Positions 30,178 to 40,332 of a stretch of 64,000 bases of DNA are shown in pieces. Numbering within the stretch: position 1 is the stretch's first letter; each line of letters starts with the position of its first letter. Location of the stretch: the NCBI GenBank assembly GCA_963772455.1, contig CAVYXJ010000011.1:86775-150774 (forward strand), read 5' to 3'. Made by a program: the position numbers and the translations under genes. The notes under the pieces are model-generated. The model made no database searches. It saw only the letters and a program-made list of their open reading frames with translations, and was not told where the DNA came from. This DNA comes from Candidatus Bathyarchaeota archaeon. GTDB taxonomy: Archaea > Thermoproteota > Bathyarchaeia > Bathyarchaeales > Bathycorpusculaceae.

Positions 30178-30324
30178 TTACTTTCCTGTCTTAGTTGCTT
30201 TTTCTTTTGTCATTAGATACTCGATGTATTCTTTCATGTTTAAGTTTGCTTCTTTTGATTTTTTTCTTATTTCTTCATGAAGCTTTTCTTTGACTGTTAT
30301 GCATTTGTATCCTTTTCTTGGCAA
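30178..30324 (-). CDS. 48-aa ribbon-helix-helix-like protein
   Basis: MPRKGYKCITVKEKLHEEIRKKSKEANLNMKEYIEYLMTKEKATKTGK*; SD AAGGAG upstream of the TTG. Confidence 0.7.
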   Translation of the reverse strand: MPRKGYKCITVKEKLHEEIRKKSKEANLNMKEYIEYLMTKEKATKTGK

Positions 30325-30341
30325 AAGAACCGTCTCCTTCC

Positions 30342-30427
30342 GTACTTTACAGTACTTAGGAATATATAATTAACGGTAAATTAGCGCTGGATATTCTTAA
30401 ACCTTAAATAAATGTACGTTCGGTTAC
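30342..30427. promoter_or_regulatory. Divergent promoter region with two GTAC-N6-(G/T)TAC boxes
   Basis: GTACtttacaGTAC at 30342-30355 and GTACgttcggTTAC at 30414-30427, each just downstream of a TATA-like box (30361-30370 minus, 30403-30410 plus). Confidence 0.5.
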
Positions 30428-30448
30428 TATCACAGAGGGGAATCGAAG

Positions 30449-30631
30449 ACGCCAAAAAAAGGCTATAAAAGCATCACTGTGAAGACTGAGGTTTACGATT
30501 ATCTTTTTAAGGAATGGCTCAAAGTCAAAGATGAATATGCCATAAAAAAAGGCATCCACAGTTTCTCAGCATACATAACCTACCGTCTGGCTCAATTAGT
30601 AAACGACGATAAAAAAACCGCCAAAGAATAG
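30449..30631 (+). CDS. 60-aa ribbon-helix-helix-like protein with apparent ACG start
   Basis: (M)PKKGYKSITVKTEVYDYLFKEW...GIHSFSAYITYRL; SD GAGGGG 8 nt before ACG; no in-frame ATG/GTG/TTG between the stop at 30398 and this codon. Confidence 0.6.
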   Translation, partial: TPKKGYKSITVKTEVYDYLFKEWLKVKDEYAIKKGIHSFSAYITYRLAQLVNDDKKTAKE

Positions 30632-30691
30632 GTTGGCTAAACCCTACAACTTTAAATAATCCTTAAACTGACTTAGCAAAGGTGAAAAGTT

Positions 30692-31696
30692 ATGCCTTGC
30701 TCAGTAATTGTTGGTGCCTTCTGGGGAGACGAAGGTAAAGGAAAAATAATTTCATATTTAGCTCTTAAAGATAATCTCGATTTCTGTGTTCGAACTGGCT
30801 CAGTTAATGCAGCTCATACAGTTTGGTATGAAGGCAAAAAATATGCTCTACATATGGTTCCAGCAGCTTTTATTAATCCAAAAACTCGTTTGTTAATAGC
30901 TGCAGGGGCAAATGTTGATGTTAAAACGTTTTTTAGTGAAGTTGAACTTACTCAGGTTGCCTCAAATCGAATTGGGATAGATTTGAATGCTTCTATTATT
31001 GAGCAGAAACATGGTGATCAAGACAAAGCTAGTGCTGTTAACAAAGGAATAGGGACCACTGGTCGAGGTGTTGGACCTGCAATAGAAGAGCGTGTAAGAC
31101 GCACAGCAAAGTTGGCTAAAGATATTCCTGAATTAAAACCTTACTTGGCTGACCAAGTTATGGAAGTTAACGATGGGTTGGATGCTGGTAAAAGTGTTTT
31201 GCTTGAAGGTACACAAGGGTTTATGCTATCGCTTTTCTTGGGTGGTGGCTATCCATATGTGACTAGTAGGGATACTGGTGCATCAGCCATTGCTTCGGAA
31301 GCTGGTGTTGGACCAACTAGAGTTGATGATGTAATTATTGTTTACAAGTCTTTTATGACTCGAGTGGGCGCTGGACCGCTACCTGGCGAAATAACTAAGG
31401 AAGAAGCTTTGGAAAGGGGTTGGTTTGAAGTTGCCGCTGGAACAGGCCGCGATAGACGTTCTGCACCTTTTGACTTTGATTTAGCGAAAAAAACAGCTAA
31501 AATAAATGGAGCAACTCAGGGGGCAATGACAAAACTTGATTGTATTTATCCATCTTGTAGAAGTGCCCGAAAATATAGTGATTTGCCCAAGGAAGCTAAA
31601 GACTTCATAAAAGAGGTTGAAACCAGAACTGGTGTGCCTATAGTTTTTATTGGCACTGGACCAGATGCCTTAGATTTAATTGATCGTCGGGCATAG
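30692..31696 (+). CDS. purA: Adenylosuccinate synthetase (short archaeal form)
   Basis: WGDEGKGK, IGTTGRGVGPA, EGTQG, YPYVTS, TRVG.GP, TKLD motifs. Confidence 0.95.
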   Translation: MPCSVIVGAFWGDEGKGKIISYLALKDNLDFCVRTGSVNAAHTVWYEGKKYALHMVPAAFINPKTRLLIAAGANVDVKTFFSEVELTQVASNRIGIDLNASIIEQKHGDQDKASAVNKGIGTTGRGVGPAIEERVRRTAKLAKDIPELKPYLADQVMEVNDGLDAGKSVLLEGTQGFMLSLFLGGGYPYVTSRDTGASAIASEAGVGPTRVDDVIIVYKSFMTRVGAGPLPGEITKEEALERGWFEVAAGTGRDRRSAPFDFDLAKKTAKINGATQGAMTKLDCIYPSCRSARKYSDLPKEAKDFIKEVETRTGVPIVFIGTGPDALDLIDRRA

Positions 31697-31742
31697 CAAC
31701 TTTTATTTTCTTTATTGTTTATCCACATTCAAGGCAAAGTCC

Positions 31743-32880
31743 ATGTTTAGATTTAAAAATTGCACCAAAGCTTCTGCAAGCATACTGATTTTGCTTTTTG
31801 TTGCAGGATTGCTTGTTGGAGGATTACTCATATATTATGTATCTTACCGCCAAGTTTCTGGCTTGAATGGACAAATTACAAATCTGCAAACAGCAATCTC
31901 TAACTTGGAAGGTCACCAAAACTCCACTATTCAAAATATCTCTATATTTCAAAATGGAACTTCGCTTGCAGTTATCTATTCTAATCTTAAGGATTCTGTG
32001 GTTCTAGTTCAAGGCGATACTGCTGATGGAGGTGTGCAAGGTTCAGGTTTTGTTTATGATTTTGCGGGTCGAATGGTTGTGTTGACTAATTATCATGTTG
32101 TTCAGGATACAACTGATTTGAGTGTGACTTTTGCTAATGGCAATGGCTATTCTGCAACTGTTTTAGGAGATGATGCGTATTCAGATTTTGCAGTTCTTTC
32201 TGTTGATGCTCCCGCTTTCGAGTTTAAGCCGGTAACAATTGTCAGTTCAGCTTCGTTGCGTGTGGGTGAACCAGTCATCGCCATAGGAAATCCCTACGGG
32301 CTAGGTAGGCTCCTTAACTACAGGAGTTGTCAGTGCTACTGGAAGAACCATAAATGAAGATACAGCTGGTGGATACGCAATTGCAAACATCATTCAGACA
32401 AGTACTCCTATAAATCCTGGAAATTCAGGCGGTCCACTTTTAAATGCTGTTGGGAACGTTGTAGGAATCACTGCAGCGATTGTTTCTGATTCCCAGGGAC
32501 TTGGATTCGCGATTCCTTCAAACACGATTTTAAGAGAAATATCGGCTTTAGTTAGAACAGGTTCATACAATGGGCATTCATATTTGGGCGTCCTAGGAGA
32601 TGATATGAGTTTTAGTGTAGCAAAAGAAATGGGCTCAAACGTTACTTATGGGTGGAGAATTGTTACAGTTACAGCCTTGGGTCCCTCAGATGGTAAACTC
32701 GCTGTCAACGATATCATCATCGCTATGAATGGTCAAACTATTAAAAACAATGAAGACTTAGCTAGTTACTTAGAAGAAAACACTATTCCGGGAGATAAGC
32801 TTGTCTTGACTGTTGAGAGAGCAAAAGAGCAAATTCCCATCACTATAACTTTGGGAACACGTCCGGCAGCTTCCTCATAA
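31743..32880 (+). CDS. Membrane-anchored HtrA-like serine protease with PDZ domain (single frameshift)
   Basis: TNYHVV (His), SDFAVL (Asp), GNSGGPL (Ser, ~32419), C-terminal PDZ; one extra base near 32305. Confidence 0.88.
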
Positions 32881-33026
32881 AATATTTTTCTTTTATTTTT
32901 TGTTTTAACTATCTTCTACATTTTGTGATCTAATGGAAAAGTAGATTAAGGCAAACTAATGCTGAGTAGCATTGACGCTTCATGTGAGAGGGGATCATAT
33001 TTGGCGCTTCAAGAGGGGGAACAAGC

Positions 33027-34697
33027 ATGGATAATTTAGAGGGTGTATTAAAAGGACAGAAAATAGCTTATTTCTCTATGGAAGTAGGTTTAACCAGCGA
33101 AATTCCCACGTACGCTGGCGGCTTAGGAACCTTAGCTGGTGACGCAATACGTTCTAGTGCCGATCTAAAACTTCCTCTGGTTGCTGTTACTCTTATTAGT
33201 AAAAGGAATTATTTTAGGCAAAAACTTGATGAGAATGGACGTCAATCTGAGCAGCCAAGAGAGTGGAATCCTGAAAAACTACTCGTACTTTTGCCCAATG
33301 AAGTTTTTGTGCAAATTGAAGGCCGTTCTGTTAAGGTTAAGGCTTGGCTCTACAAGTACAAAAGTGTTACAGGCGGGGTTGTTCCAGTTATCTTTCTTGA
33401 TACTGACCATGATGGGAATACGCAGGAAGATCGTGAAATAACATTTTATTTGTATGGTGGAAATGAAAGATATCGACTCAAGCAGGAGGCGATTTTGGGT
33501 TTTGGTGGAGTTCGGATTCTTGACGCTTTAGGTTTTAAGGTTAGAAAGTACCATATGAATGAGGGGCATTCGAGTTTTCTTTCAGTCGAGCTTTTGCGAA
33601 AGTTTGCAATGGATATTGAGAAGGTGCGTGAACTCTGTGTTTTCACAACGCATACGCCTGTTGATGCAGGTCATGATAAATTTAATTATGGTTTGGTAAG
33701 TGAAGTTTTGGATACTGTTGATGTTGCTTTGCTCAAGCAATTTGGCGGGGCTGACGTGTTAAACATGACTTGCCTTGCTTTGAACTTGAGCAACTATGTT
33801 AATGGGGTAGCTAAACGTCATCAACAAATTTCTAGTAAAATGTTTGCAGGCTACGAAATCCATGCTGTAACAAATGGTGTCCATTCGTTTACTTGGACAG
33901 GTGAGAGTTATCGAAAAGTTTACGATAAGTATTTGCCAGGTTGGGCTATTGAGCCTGAATTGCTAGCCAAAGTCGATATCATTCCTGACTGTGATATTTG
34001 GGCTGCTCATGAAGAACAAAAACAGGATTTAATTGATTATGCTAATTTAGCGACTGATAGCAGTTTAAGTTCTGATGTGTTTACGTTGGGTTTTGCGAGG
34101 CGAGCTACGGAGTATAAAAGGCCGACTTTGCTGTTTTCAAACCTTGAGCGGTTAAGAACGATAAGTCAAAAAGGAAAGGTGCAAGCGATATTTGCTGGTA
34201 AGGCACATCCCAGGGATGAGGGTGGAAAAAGGCTTATTGAGCAAATTTACAAGTTTGGAAACCAACTCAAGGGCGATGTTGAAATCGTGTTTTTGGAGGA
34301 TTATAATATGGATATTGCAGCCAAGATGGTTGGAGGAGTTGATGTTTGGCTCAATACACCTCTTCGACCAATGGAGGCTTCTGGAACTAGCGGAATGAAA
34401 GCAGCGCACAATGGCGTGATTAACTTTAGTGTTCTTGATGGTTGGTGGGCTGAAGGCTGGATAGAAAATCTAACAGGTTGGGCAATTGGCTCGCACTCCG
34501 CAGAGATCGATATAGCAGAAACTACCTTAAAGGAAGCTGAAGACCTCTACAACAAACTGGAATATGTTATTACACCAATGTTCTATGATAGACGTGACCA
34601 ATGGGTAAAACTGATGAAAAACTCCATTGGCAAAATTGCATATTACTTTAACAGCCACCGAATGATGCGACGCTACGTTATCGATGCTTACCTCTAA
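33027..34697 (+). CDS. glgP: Alpha-glucan (glycogen) phosphorylase
   Basis: YFSMEVG, YAGGLG.LAGD, HMNEGH, FARRATEYKR, EASGTSGMKA (PLP Lys) motifs. Confidence 0.93.
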   Translation: MDNLEGVLKGQKIAYFSMEVGLTSEIPTYAGGLGTLAGDAIRSSADLKLPLVAVTLISKRNYFRQKLDENGRQSEQPREWNPEKLLVLLPNEVFVQIEGRSVKVKAWLYKYKSVTGGVVPVIFLDTDHDGNTQEDREITFYLYGGNERYRLKQEAILGFGGVRILDALGFKVRKYHMNEGHSSFLSVELLRKFAMDIEKVRELCVFTTHTPVDAGHDKFNYGLVSEVLDTVDVALLKQFGGADVLNMTCLALNLSNYVNGVAKRHQQISSKMFAGYEIHAVTNGVHSFTWTGESYRKVYDKYLPGWAIEPELLAKVDIIPDCDIWAAHEEQKQDLIDYANLATDSSLSSDVFTLGFARRATEYKRPTLLFSNLERLRTISQKGKVQAIFAGKAHPRDEGGKRLIEQIYKFGNQLKGDVEIVFLEDYNMDIAAKMVGGVDVWLNTPLRPMEASGTSGMKAAHNGVINFSVLDGWWAEGWIENLTGWAIGSHSAEIDIAETTLKEAEDLYNKLEYVITPMFYDRRDQWVKLMKNSIGKIAYYFNSHRMMRRYVIDAYL

Positions 34698-34888
34698 TTT
34701 AAATTGTTGCTAAAAACCCTTTAGACTTTCCTTCTTTTCTATCGCCTATTAGTTGCACTCTTTAATAATTTTATGAATTAGAATAATGAAAGATAACTAA
34801 ATGTAACCCTTTTTGAACTTCTACGAGACTGTGTTACCTATAATCGTTAGTTTTAAGTTTGGGACTGCAAATCTAGTTCTGATCGTTT

Positions 34889-35815
34889 ATGGGTTCTAAT
34901 GAAGTTGTAATTGAAGCCAAAGGATTAACCAAAGAATTCGATGGATTAGTGGCAGTGGACCACATTGACTTCAAAGTTTACAAAGGCGAATGCGTGGGTT
35001 TCTTGGGTCCGAACGGCGCAGGAAAAACAACTACAGTGCGCATGATTTATTGTTTTTCGCCTCTTACCGATGGTGAATTAACTGTCGCAGGATTAAGTGT
35101 CAAAACCCATTGTAGAGAAATAAAAAGTATTGTGGGCGTGGCTCCACAGGAAGACAACTTGGATCCTGATTTCACAGTTATTAAAAATTTGACTGTTTAT
35201 GCTCGCTATTTTGATATCCCAAAAGATATTGCATTAAAAAGAGCTGATGAGCAATTGAAGTTTTTCCAGTTGGAAGAAAAAAGGGATGTCCCCATAATGG
35301 CGTTGTCAACAGGCATGAAGCGAAGACTTATTTTTGCTAGAGCGCTTTTAAATCAGCCTCAAATTCTTCTTCTGGACGAGCCAACAACGGGTTTAGATCC
35401 TCAGGCAAGGCATCTAGTCTGGGACGAAGTACGTCATCTGAAAAAGAATCAGGTTACTATCATTTTAACAACTCATTATATGGATGAAGCGGAAGTTCTC
35501 TGTGATAGAATCCTAATTGTTGACAGGGGAAAAATCATTGAAGAAGGCACGCCTCCGGAACTTATAAAAAAACACATAGGCGAAGATGTTCTGGAACTGG
35601 ACTACGATAAAAAACTGTTGGAAACGCTAAAAGAGACTTTTCCTGACGCTCGCTTCGAAAAACTCGGCGACCGTATGCAAATATTCACTGACAAACCCCA
35701 TGGCGTCTTTGAAGGTTTTCTAAAAGATCACCCTATGCAGAATGTTACGCTTCGCAAAGCCAACATTGAAGATGTTTTCCTAAAATTAACTGGAAGGGGA
35801 TTGCGGGAAGAATGA
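34889..35815 (+). CDS. ABC exporter ATP-binding subunit (NodI/DrrA-like)
   Basis: GPNGAGKTT, LSTGMKRR, LDEPTTGLDPQAR motifs. Confidence 0.92.
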   Translation: MGSNEVVIEAKGLTKEFDGLVAVDHIDFKVYKGECVGFLGPNGAGKTTTVRMIYCFSPLTDGELTVAGLSVKTHCREIKSIVGVAPQEDNLDPDFTVIKNLTVYARYFDIPKDIALKRADEQLKFFQLEEKRDVPIMALSTGMKRRLIFARALLNQPQILLLDEPTTGLDPQARHLVWDEVRHLKKNQVTIILTTHYMDEAEVLCDRILIVDRGKIIEEGTPPELIKKHIGEDVLELDYDKKLLETLKETFPDARFEKLGDRMQIFTDKPHGVFEGFLKDHPMQNVTLRKANIEDVFLKLTGRGLREE

Positions 35816-36645
35816 GTAATCCCAACATCCGAAAATCTCCAGCACCCTTTGCGATACCAAGGCTAACTTACAGGGTTTGGAAGGTTTGGCGCCGCAACTT
35901 CGATGTCTTCACTAAAACCATAAAAGTTAACTTTCTACCCTCACTACTCGAACCAATCCTATACCTTTTGGCTTTCGGCTTTGGACTTGGAGGTTTCATC
36001 CCCAGCATCCAAGGTCAATCATACATAGGTTTTATTGCCCCAGCGCTCGTTGCGATCTCAGTCATGAACGGCTCATTCTTCGAATGCACCTTCGCCTCCT
36101 TCGTGCGCATGTACTTCCAAAAAACCTTCGACGCAATCGTCGCCACACCAGTCAGCGTTGAAGAAGTCGTCGCTGGCGAACTCCTTTGGGGAGCAACAAG
36201 AGCAACGTTCAATACGACTATCGTTTTGGCGGTAGTTGCAGCTTTCGGCTTAATTTCTAGCCCCCTATTCCTACTAGTTATTCCCCTCGCCTTCTTCGGC
36301 GGCCTAATGTTTGCTTCCATGGCAATGTGCTTTACCTCAGTAGCACCAAACATTGACTTCTTCAATTTCCCCTCATTTCTGTTTCTCACACCAATGTTCT
36401 TTTTATGCGGCACATTTTTCCCATTAACATCTCTTCCTTCTGCAGCACAGGGAATTGCAATGGCAGTTTTACCGCTAACTCACGTTGTAAATTTAACAAG
36501 AGGACTTGTTTCAGGTCATCTTGAATCAATTCTTGGATTAAATCCTGCAGCTTTAATTGCCATAAGTTTTGCCTGGATAATCGGAGTAACGTTGCTATTC
36601 TTTGTCTTGAGCATTAACTTGATGAAAAAACGCTTAACAAGCTAA
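35812..36645 (+). CDS. ABC-2 type permease (NodJ-like)
   Basis: EPILYL..FG.GLG, PMFFLCGTFFP motifs; overlaps the ATPase stop codon. Confidence 0.88.
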   Translation: MSNPNIRKSPAPFAIPRLTYRVWKVWRRNFDVFTKTIKVNFLPSLLEPILYLLAFGFGLGGFIPSIQGQSYIGFIAPALVAISVMNGSFFECTFASFVRMYFQKTFDAIVATPVSVEEVVAGELLWGATRATFNTTIVLAVVAAFGLISSPLFLLVIPLAFFGGLMFASMAMCFTSVAPNIDFFNFPSFLFLTPMFFLCGTFFPLTSLPSAAQGIAMAVLPLTHVVNLTRGLVSGHLESILGLNPAALIAISFAWIIGVTLLFFVLSINLMKKRLTS

Positions 36646-36787
36646 AGCATTATTGTTGATTCAGGAATAATCAACCAAGCTTTCCAATCTAACGTTATTC
36701 TTTTTGTTTGCCTCAGCTGCAGGCTCAAGAGATATTAAAGATTTTTAACTCCTTTGTGCATTTTAAGTCAGTAAAGGATGGCTAATC

Positions 36788-37462
36788 ATGCGTATAGTTG
36801 TTCGAATTGGCGGTTCAGTTGTCGCTTCACCAATCAACACGGAATTAATGGGCAAATACGCCGACATAATCAAAACCATAAAGCAGCACGGACACGAAGT
36901 TGCTGTGGTGTTGGGTGGAGGCGCCTTGGCAAGGGAATTCATCGGCATCGCTAAAAAATTAGACTTAGATATGACGGCACAAGATGAAATTGCCATTTCT
37001 TGTTCCCGTTTGTTTGCGCAACTTTTCCTCAAAAAAATAGGAGAATTAGGCTGCAACAAAGTGGCAATAACGCTTGAAGATGCTTCCCAATGCCTCGCTG
37101 AGGGCAAAGTTGTTGTTATGGGAGGTTTAAAGCCTGGAATTACTACTGACGCGGTTGCGGCAATGGTTGCTGAACGGGTAGAAGCAGATTTGCTTGTTAA
37201 AGGCACTGACCAAGATGGCGTTTATGACAAAGACCCAAGAAAATATACCGACGCCATAAAACTTGACCGTTTATCAATTGATGATTTAGCAAAAATCTTT
37301 GAGGGATCCGTGCATAAAGCGGGGATTCACCAAATTATTGATCCTGAAGCTCTCAAAGTTCTAAAGCGCAAGAAGCTTAAGTTGGTTGTCGTGAATGGAT
37401 TTAAGCCTGAGAACTTGTTGGCTGCGATTAATGGAGAGACTGTCGGCACAGTCATAAATTGA
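36788..37462 (+). CDS. pyrH: UMP kinase
   Basis: IGGSV, GGG..AR..I, PG.TTDAVAA, DGVYDKDP motifs. Confidence 0.92.
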   Translation: MRIVVRIGGSVVASPINTELMGKYADIIKTIKQHGHEVAVVLGGGALAREFIGIAKKLDLDMTAQDEIAISCSRLFAQLFLKKIGELGCNKVAITLEDASQCLAEGKVVVMGGLKPGITTDAVAAMVAERVEADLLVKGTDQDGVYDKDPRKYTDAIKLDRLSIDDLAKIFEGSVHKAGIHQIIDPEALKVLKRKKLKLVVVNGFKPENLLAAINGETVGTVIN

Positions 37463-37612
37463 TAACTACTAAAGCTGACAATCTTTCAGTTTATTGCTAG
37501 GGTATACAGAACCAAGTAAAGGCAAATTAGCCACTTTTTTAGATTTAACTAGTCCTTATAAGAAGGAAACATTTCCTTGTTAAACTGAAAATTATAGGAA
37601 GCGAAAAAAATA

Positions 37613-38311
37613 ATGTCAAAATCAGTTCCTGTCGTTGAAGCGACTAATGTCACAAAAACTTACATGCTGGGAAAAGTCCCAGTTGAAGCCCTCAGAGGAG
37701 TAAACCTCAAAGTAGAAAGCGGAGACTTCGTAGCCATCCTTGGCCCATCTGGAAGCGGCAAATCAACAATGCTGAATCTGATTGGAGCCTTAGACAAACC
37801 AACTTCAGGCACCCTACTAATCGATGGCGTGGACATCTCCAAATTAACAGATAATCAACTTGCAGAGATAAGACTGAAAATCGGCTTTGTTTTCCAGTTT
37901 TTCAACTTAATTCCAAGATTAACAGCGAAAGATAACGTGGAATTATCCATGTCAATAGCTAACATGGGTAAAGATGAGAGAAAAAAACACGCAATAGAAC
38001 TTTTAGAAACCGTCGGCTTGAAAGACCGCGTTAACCATAAACCAGCTGAACTTAGCGGTGGACAACAGCAACGCGTGGCAATCGCCCGTGCATTGGCAAA
38101 CAATCCCAAGTTCCTTTTGCTTGATGAGCCTACTGGAAACGTGGATTCCAAAACTGCAAGTGAGGTTCTTACTTTAATAAAGAAACTTAATGTTGAGAAT
38201 AAAGTAAGCATTATCATGGTTACGCATGACCAGCATTTAGCTAGGGAAGCTCACAGAACTGTGCAAATGTTTGATGGTGAAATAACATCTGAAGTGGTGA
38301 ATAAAGAATGA
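37613..38311 (+). CDS. ABC ATP-binding protein (LolD/MacB-like)
   Basis: GPSGSGKST, LSGGQQQRVAIARAL, DEPTGN motifs. Confidence 0.93.
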   Translation: MSKSVPVVEATNVTKTYMLGKVPVEALRGVNLKVESGDFVAILGPSGSGKSTMLNLIGALDKPTSGTLLIDGVDISKLTDNQLAEIRLKIGFVFQFFNLIPRLTAKDNVELSMSIANMGKDERKKHAIELLETVGLKDRVNHKPAELSGGQQQRVAIARALANNPKFLLLDEPTGNVDSKTASEVLTLIKKLNVENKVSIIMVTHDQHLAREAHRTVQMFDGEITSEVVNKE

Positions 38312-39630
38312 AGACCATAGATATTTTCGGTTACTCGTTTAGTGCAATTAAACTTCGCAAGCTTCGTGCAGCATTAACTACATTGGGAGTAATTATTGGA
38401 ATCGCAGCTATAGTGGCTTTGTTGTCAATTACTCAGGGTTTACAAGCTACTATAACAGGCCAGTTAAACCAAGGCTTATCAGCCAATACTTTAATTGTCA
38501 CTGCAGGTAGCGGAGGAGCCTTGCCAGGTGCGGGGGGTGCAGGTGATGGCGGCGGCTTTGGTGGCGGAGGAGGAGGCTTTGGTGGAGGGACAACCGATAA
38601 CTCAGGATTCAAACTCTTCGTCAATCGTACAAACGAAATCAATGCCTTATCGGAAGATATCGACACTTCAATCGCAGTGATAAGTCACGTTGGATTCATT
38701 GAAACCGACGCCCTAAACAGGTCAGTTACCATTTATGGAGTCGACTTCAATGATTATTCGAATCTTTATTCAACTACCTTCGTTGCTGCAAGCGGAACTA
38801 TACCTACAAACCCATCAGGCAATGAAGTAGTCGTAGGTACACGTGTAAATCAACCTGGACAAAACGGAACGATATTCTTTGACGTGGGCAATTCAATTAA
38901 CATTTCTTGGACTAATGCAACAGTCCTGCCTCCAGTAAACGAGACTACCACTGCTAGCGTTGCAGCAGTTCTTCAGAAAATAGGCGGATTTGGCCTTGGA
39001 GGACCTTCAGATACAGGCGTTTACATCCCGATTGATAGAGCTCAAAGCTTCTTAGGCACTGACGAAGCGGATATGATAATAGTTAAGCTCAAAAGCAGCG
39101 ACAACGCAACTATAACCAACGTATCAAAACTTATAACTGATCATTTCAGCAACCAAGTATCAGTCATATCTTCAACCGCAGTTCTAAGTTTGCTTACAAA
39201 CATCTTTAGTTTACTTCAATTATTCCTTGGCGGAATCGCAGCGATTTCACTATTGGTAGCAGGAATCGGAATAATGAACATAATGATAGTCTCTTTAATA
39301 GAGCGCACTCGCGAAATCGGTATCCTTAAAGCATTAGGCATGAAAAGCAGAACTGTGTTAACTATTTTCCTTGGCGAATCAGTGATAATTGGTTTAATCG
39401 GTGCAATAGTTGGCATTGTCTTAGGCTGGATCTTGGCAAACATTACCGCAAGTGTCTTAGGGTCAGGAGTATTTGGCGGAGGTGGCGGATTCACTATAAC
39501 GCCTTTGTTAACTCCAGAAGTTTTGGTTGGTGCCTTAGCTTTTGGTGTAGGAGTCAGTGTCATCTTTGCGCTCTATCCAGCATGGCGAGCATCCAAACTC
39601 AAACCAGTAGAAGCATTACGATATGAGTAA
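38308..39630 (+). CDS. MacB/FtsX-like ABC permease
   Basis: LTTLGVIIGIAA, ISLLVAGIGIMNIM..S..ERTREIG..KALG, PA.RAS.L.PVEALRYE motifs. Confidence 0.92.
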   Translation: MKTIDIFGYSFSAIKLRKLRAALTTLGVIIGIAAIVALLSITQGLQATITGQLNQGLSANTLIVTAGSGGALPGAGGAGDGGGFGGGGGGFGGGTTDNSGFKLFVNRTNEINALSEDIDTSIAVISHVGFIETDALNRSVTIYGVDFNDYSNLYSTTFVAASGTIPTNPSGNEVVVGTRVNQPGQNGTIFFDVGNSINISWTNATVLPPVNETTTASVAAVLQKIGGFGLGGPSDTGVYIPIDRAQSFLGTDEADMIIVKLKSSDNATITNVSKLITDHFSNQVSVISSTAVLSLLTNIFSLLQLFLGGIAAISLLVAGIGIMNIMIVSLIERTREIGILKALGMKSRTVLTIFLGESVIIGLIGAIVGIVLGWILANITASVLGSGVFGGGGGFTITPLLTPEVLVGALAFGVGVSVIFALYPAWRASKLKPVEALRYE

Positions 39631-39724
39631 TGTAGTCTACTCGCTCCATTTTTTTCTTTATTTTTATTTCTCTTTTTAAAAAGCTTTAAGACTCAAATAA
39701 CATACCGTATCAAGAGGCTTCTAT

Positions 39725-40171
39725 GTGAAACGCTTATACCCTGACCAACCGGTTGTTGGCGTTGGCGCTGTAATAATCAAAGAAGGCAGTATAGCACTTA
39801 TAAAACGCGGAAACGAACCCAGCAAAGGCAAATGGACCATACCCGGCGGATTAGTTGAACTAGGCGAAAACCTCGAAGCTGCAGTCATTCGCGAGACAAA
39901 AGAAGAGGTATGCTTAGAAGTCGAAAACCCAACCTTGATGGGCGTTGTAGATAATGTAGATTTGGATGAGCAAGGCAAAGTAAAATACCACTACGTAATC
40001 ATCGACTACCTCGTTCAAGTCAAAACAGGAACTATCCAAGCTGCAAGTGATGCCGCCGAGCTACGTTGGGTTTCTTTTAGTGAAGTCGAAGATTATAATT
40101 TGACGGCTTCTTTTCGGGCTTTCTTTAAACAAAACAGGAAAAAATTAGAAAAGGCTAATTCTTATTGCTAA
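39725..40171 (+). CDS. NUDIX hydrolase
   Basis: Nudix box GG.VE.GE.LE.A..RE..EE. Confidence 0.9.
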   Translation: MKRLYPDQPVVGVGAVIIKEGSIALIKRGNEPSKGKWTIPGGLVELGENLEAAVIRETKEEVCLEVENPTLMGVVDNVDLDEQGKVKYHYVIIDYLVQVKTGTIQAASDAAELRWVSFSEVEDYNLTASFRAFFKQNRKKLEKANSYC

Positions 40172-40332
40172 AGAACGGACGTGTTTCTCCAAGTTTTTGA
40201 TATCGAAGGCTTCAATCGGGCAACTATGGGAAATCCTTGACAACTTTTCCCAAGCGTTAATCAGTGAATTGATGGCAAGTCTCGGAGGTGAACCAATAAG
40301 CACAAAAAAGACCGTCCACTAGAGGTTAAGTT

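Noticed and set aside
32290-32320. Frame breaks as programmed frameshifts or BHB mRNA introns
   Set aside because: Single-base indels with no slippery heptamer or intron-sized insertion
34889-36645. NodI/NodJ-like pair suggesting Nod-factor export
   Set aside because: Widespread ABC-2 exporter family, and no nod biosynthesis genes are present
38505-38590. G-rich repeat-like tract
   Set aside because: Encodes a Gly-rich linker in the MacB-like permease
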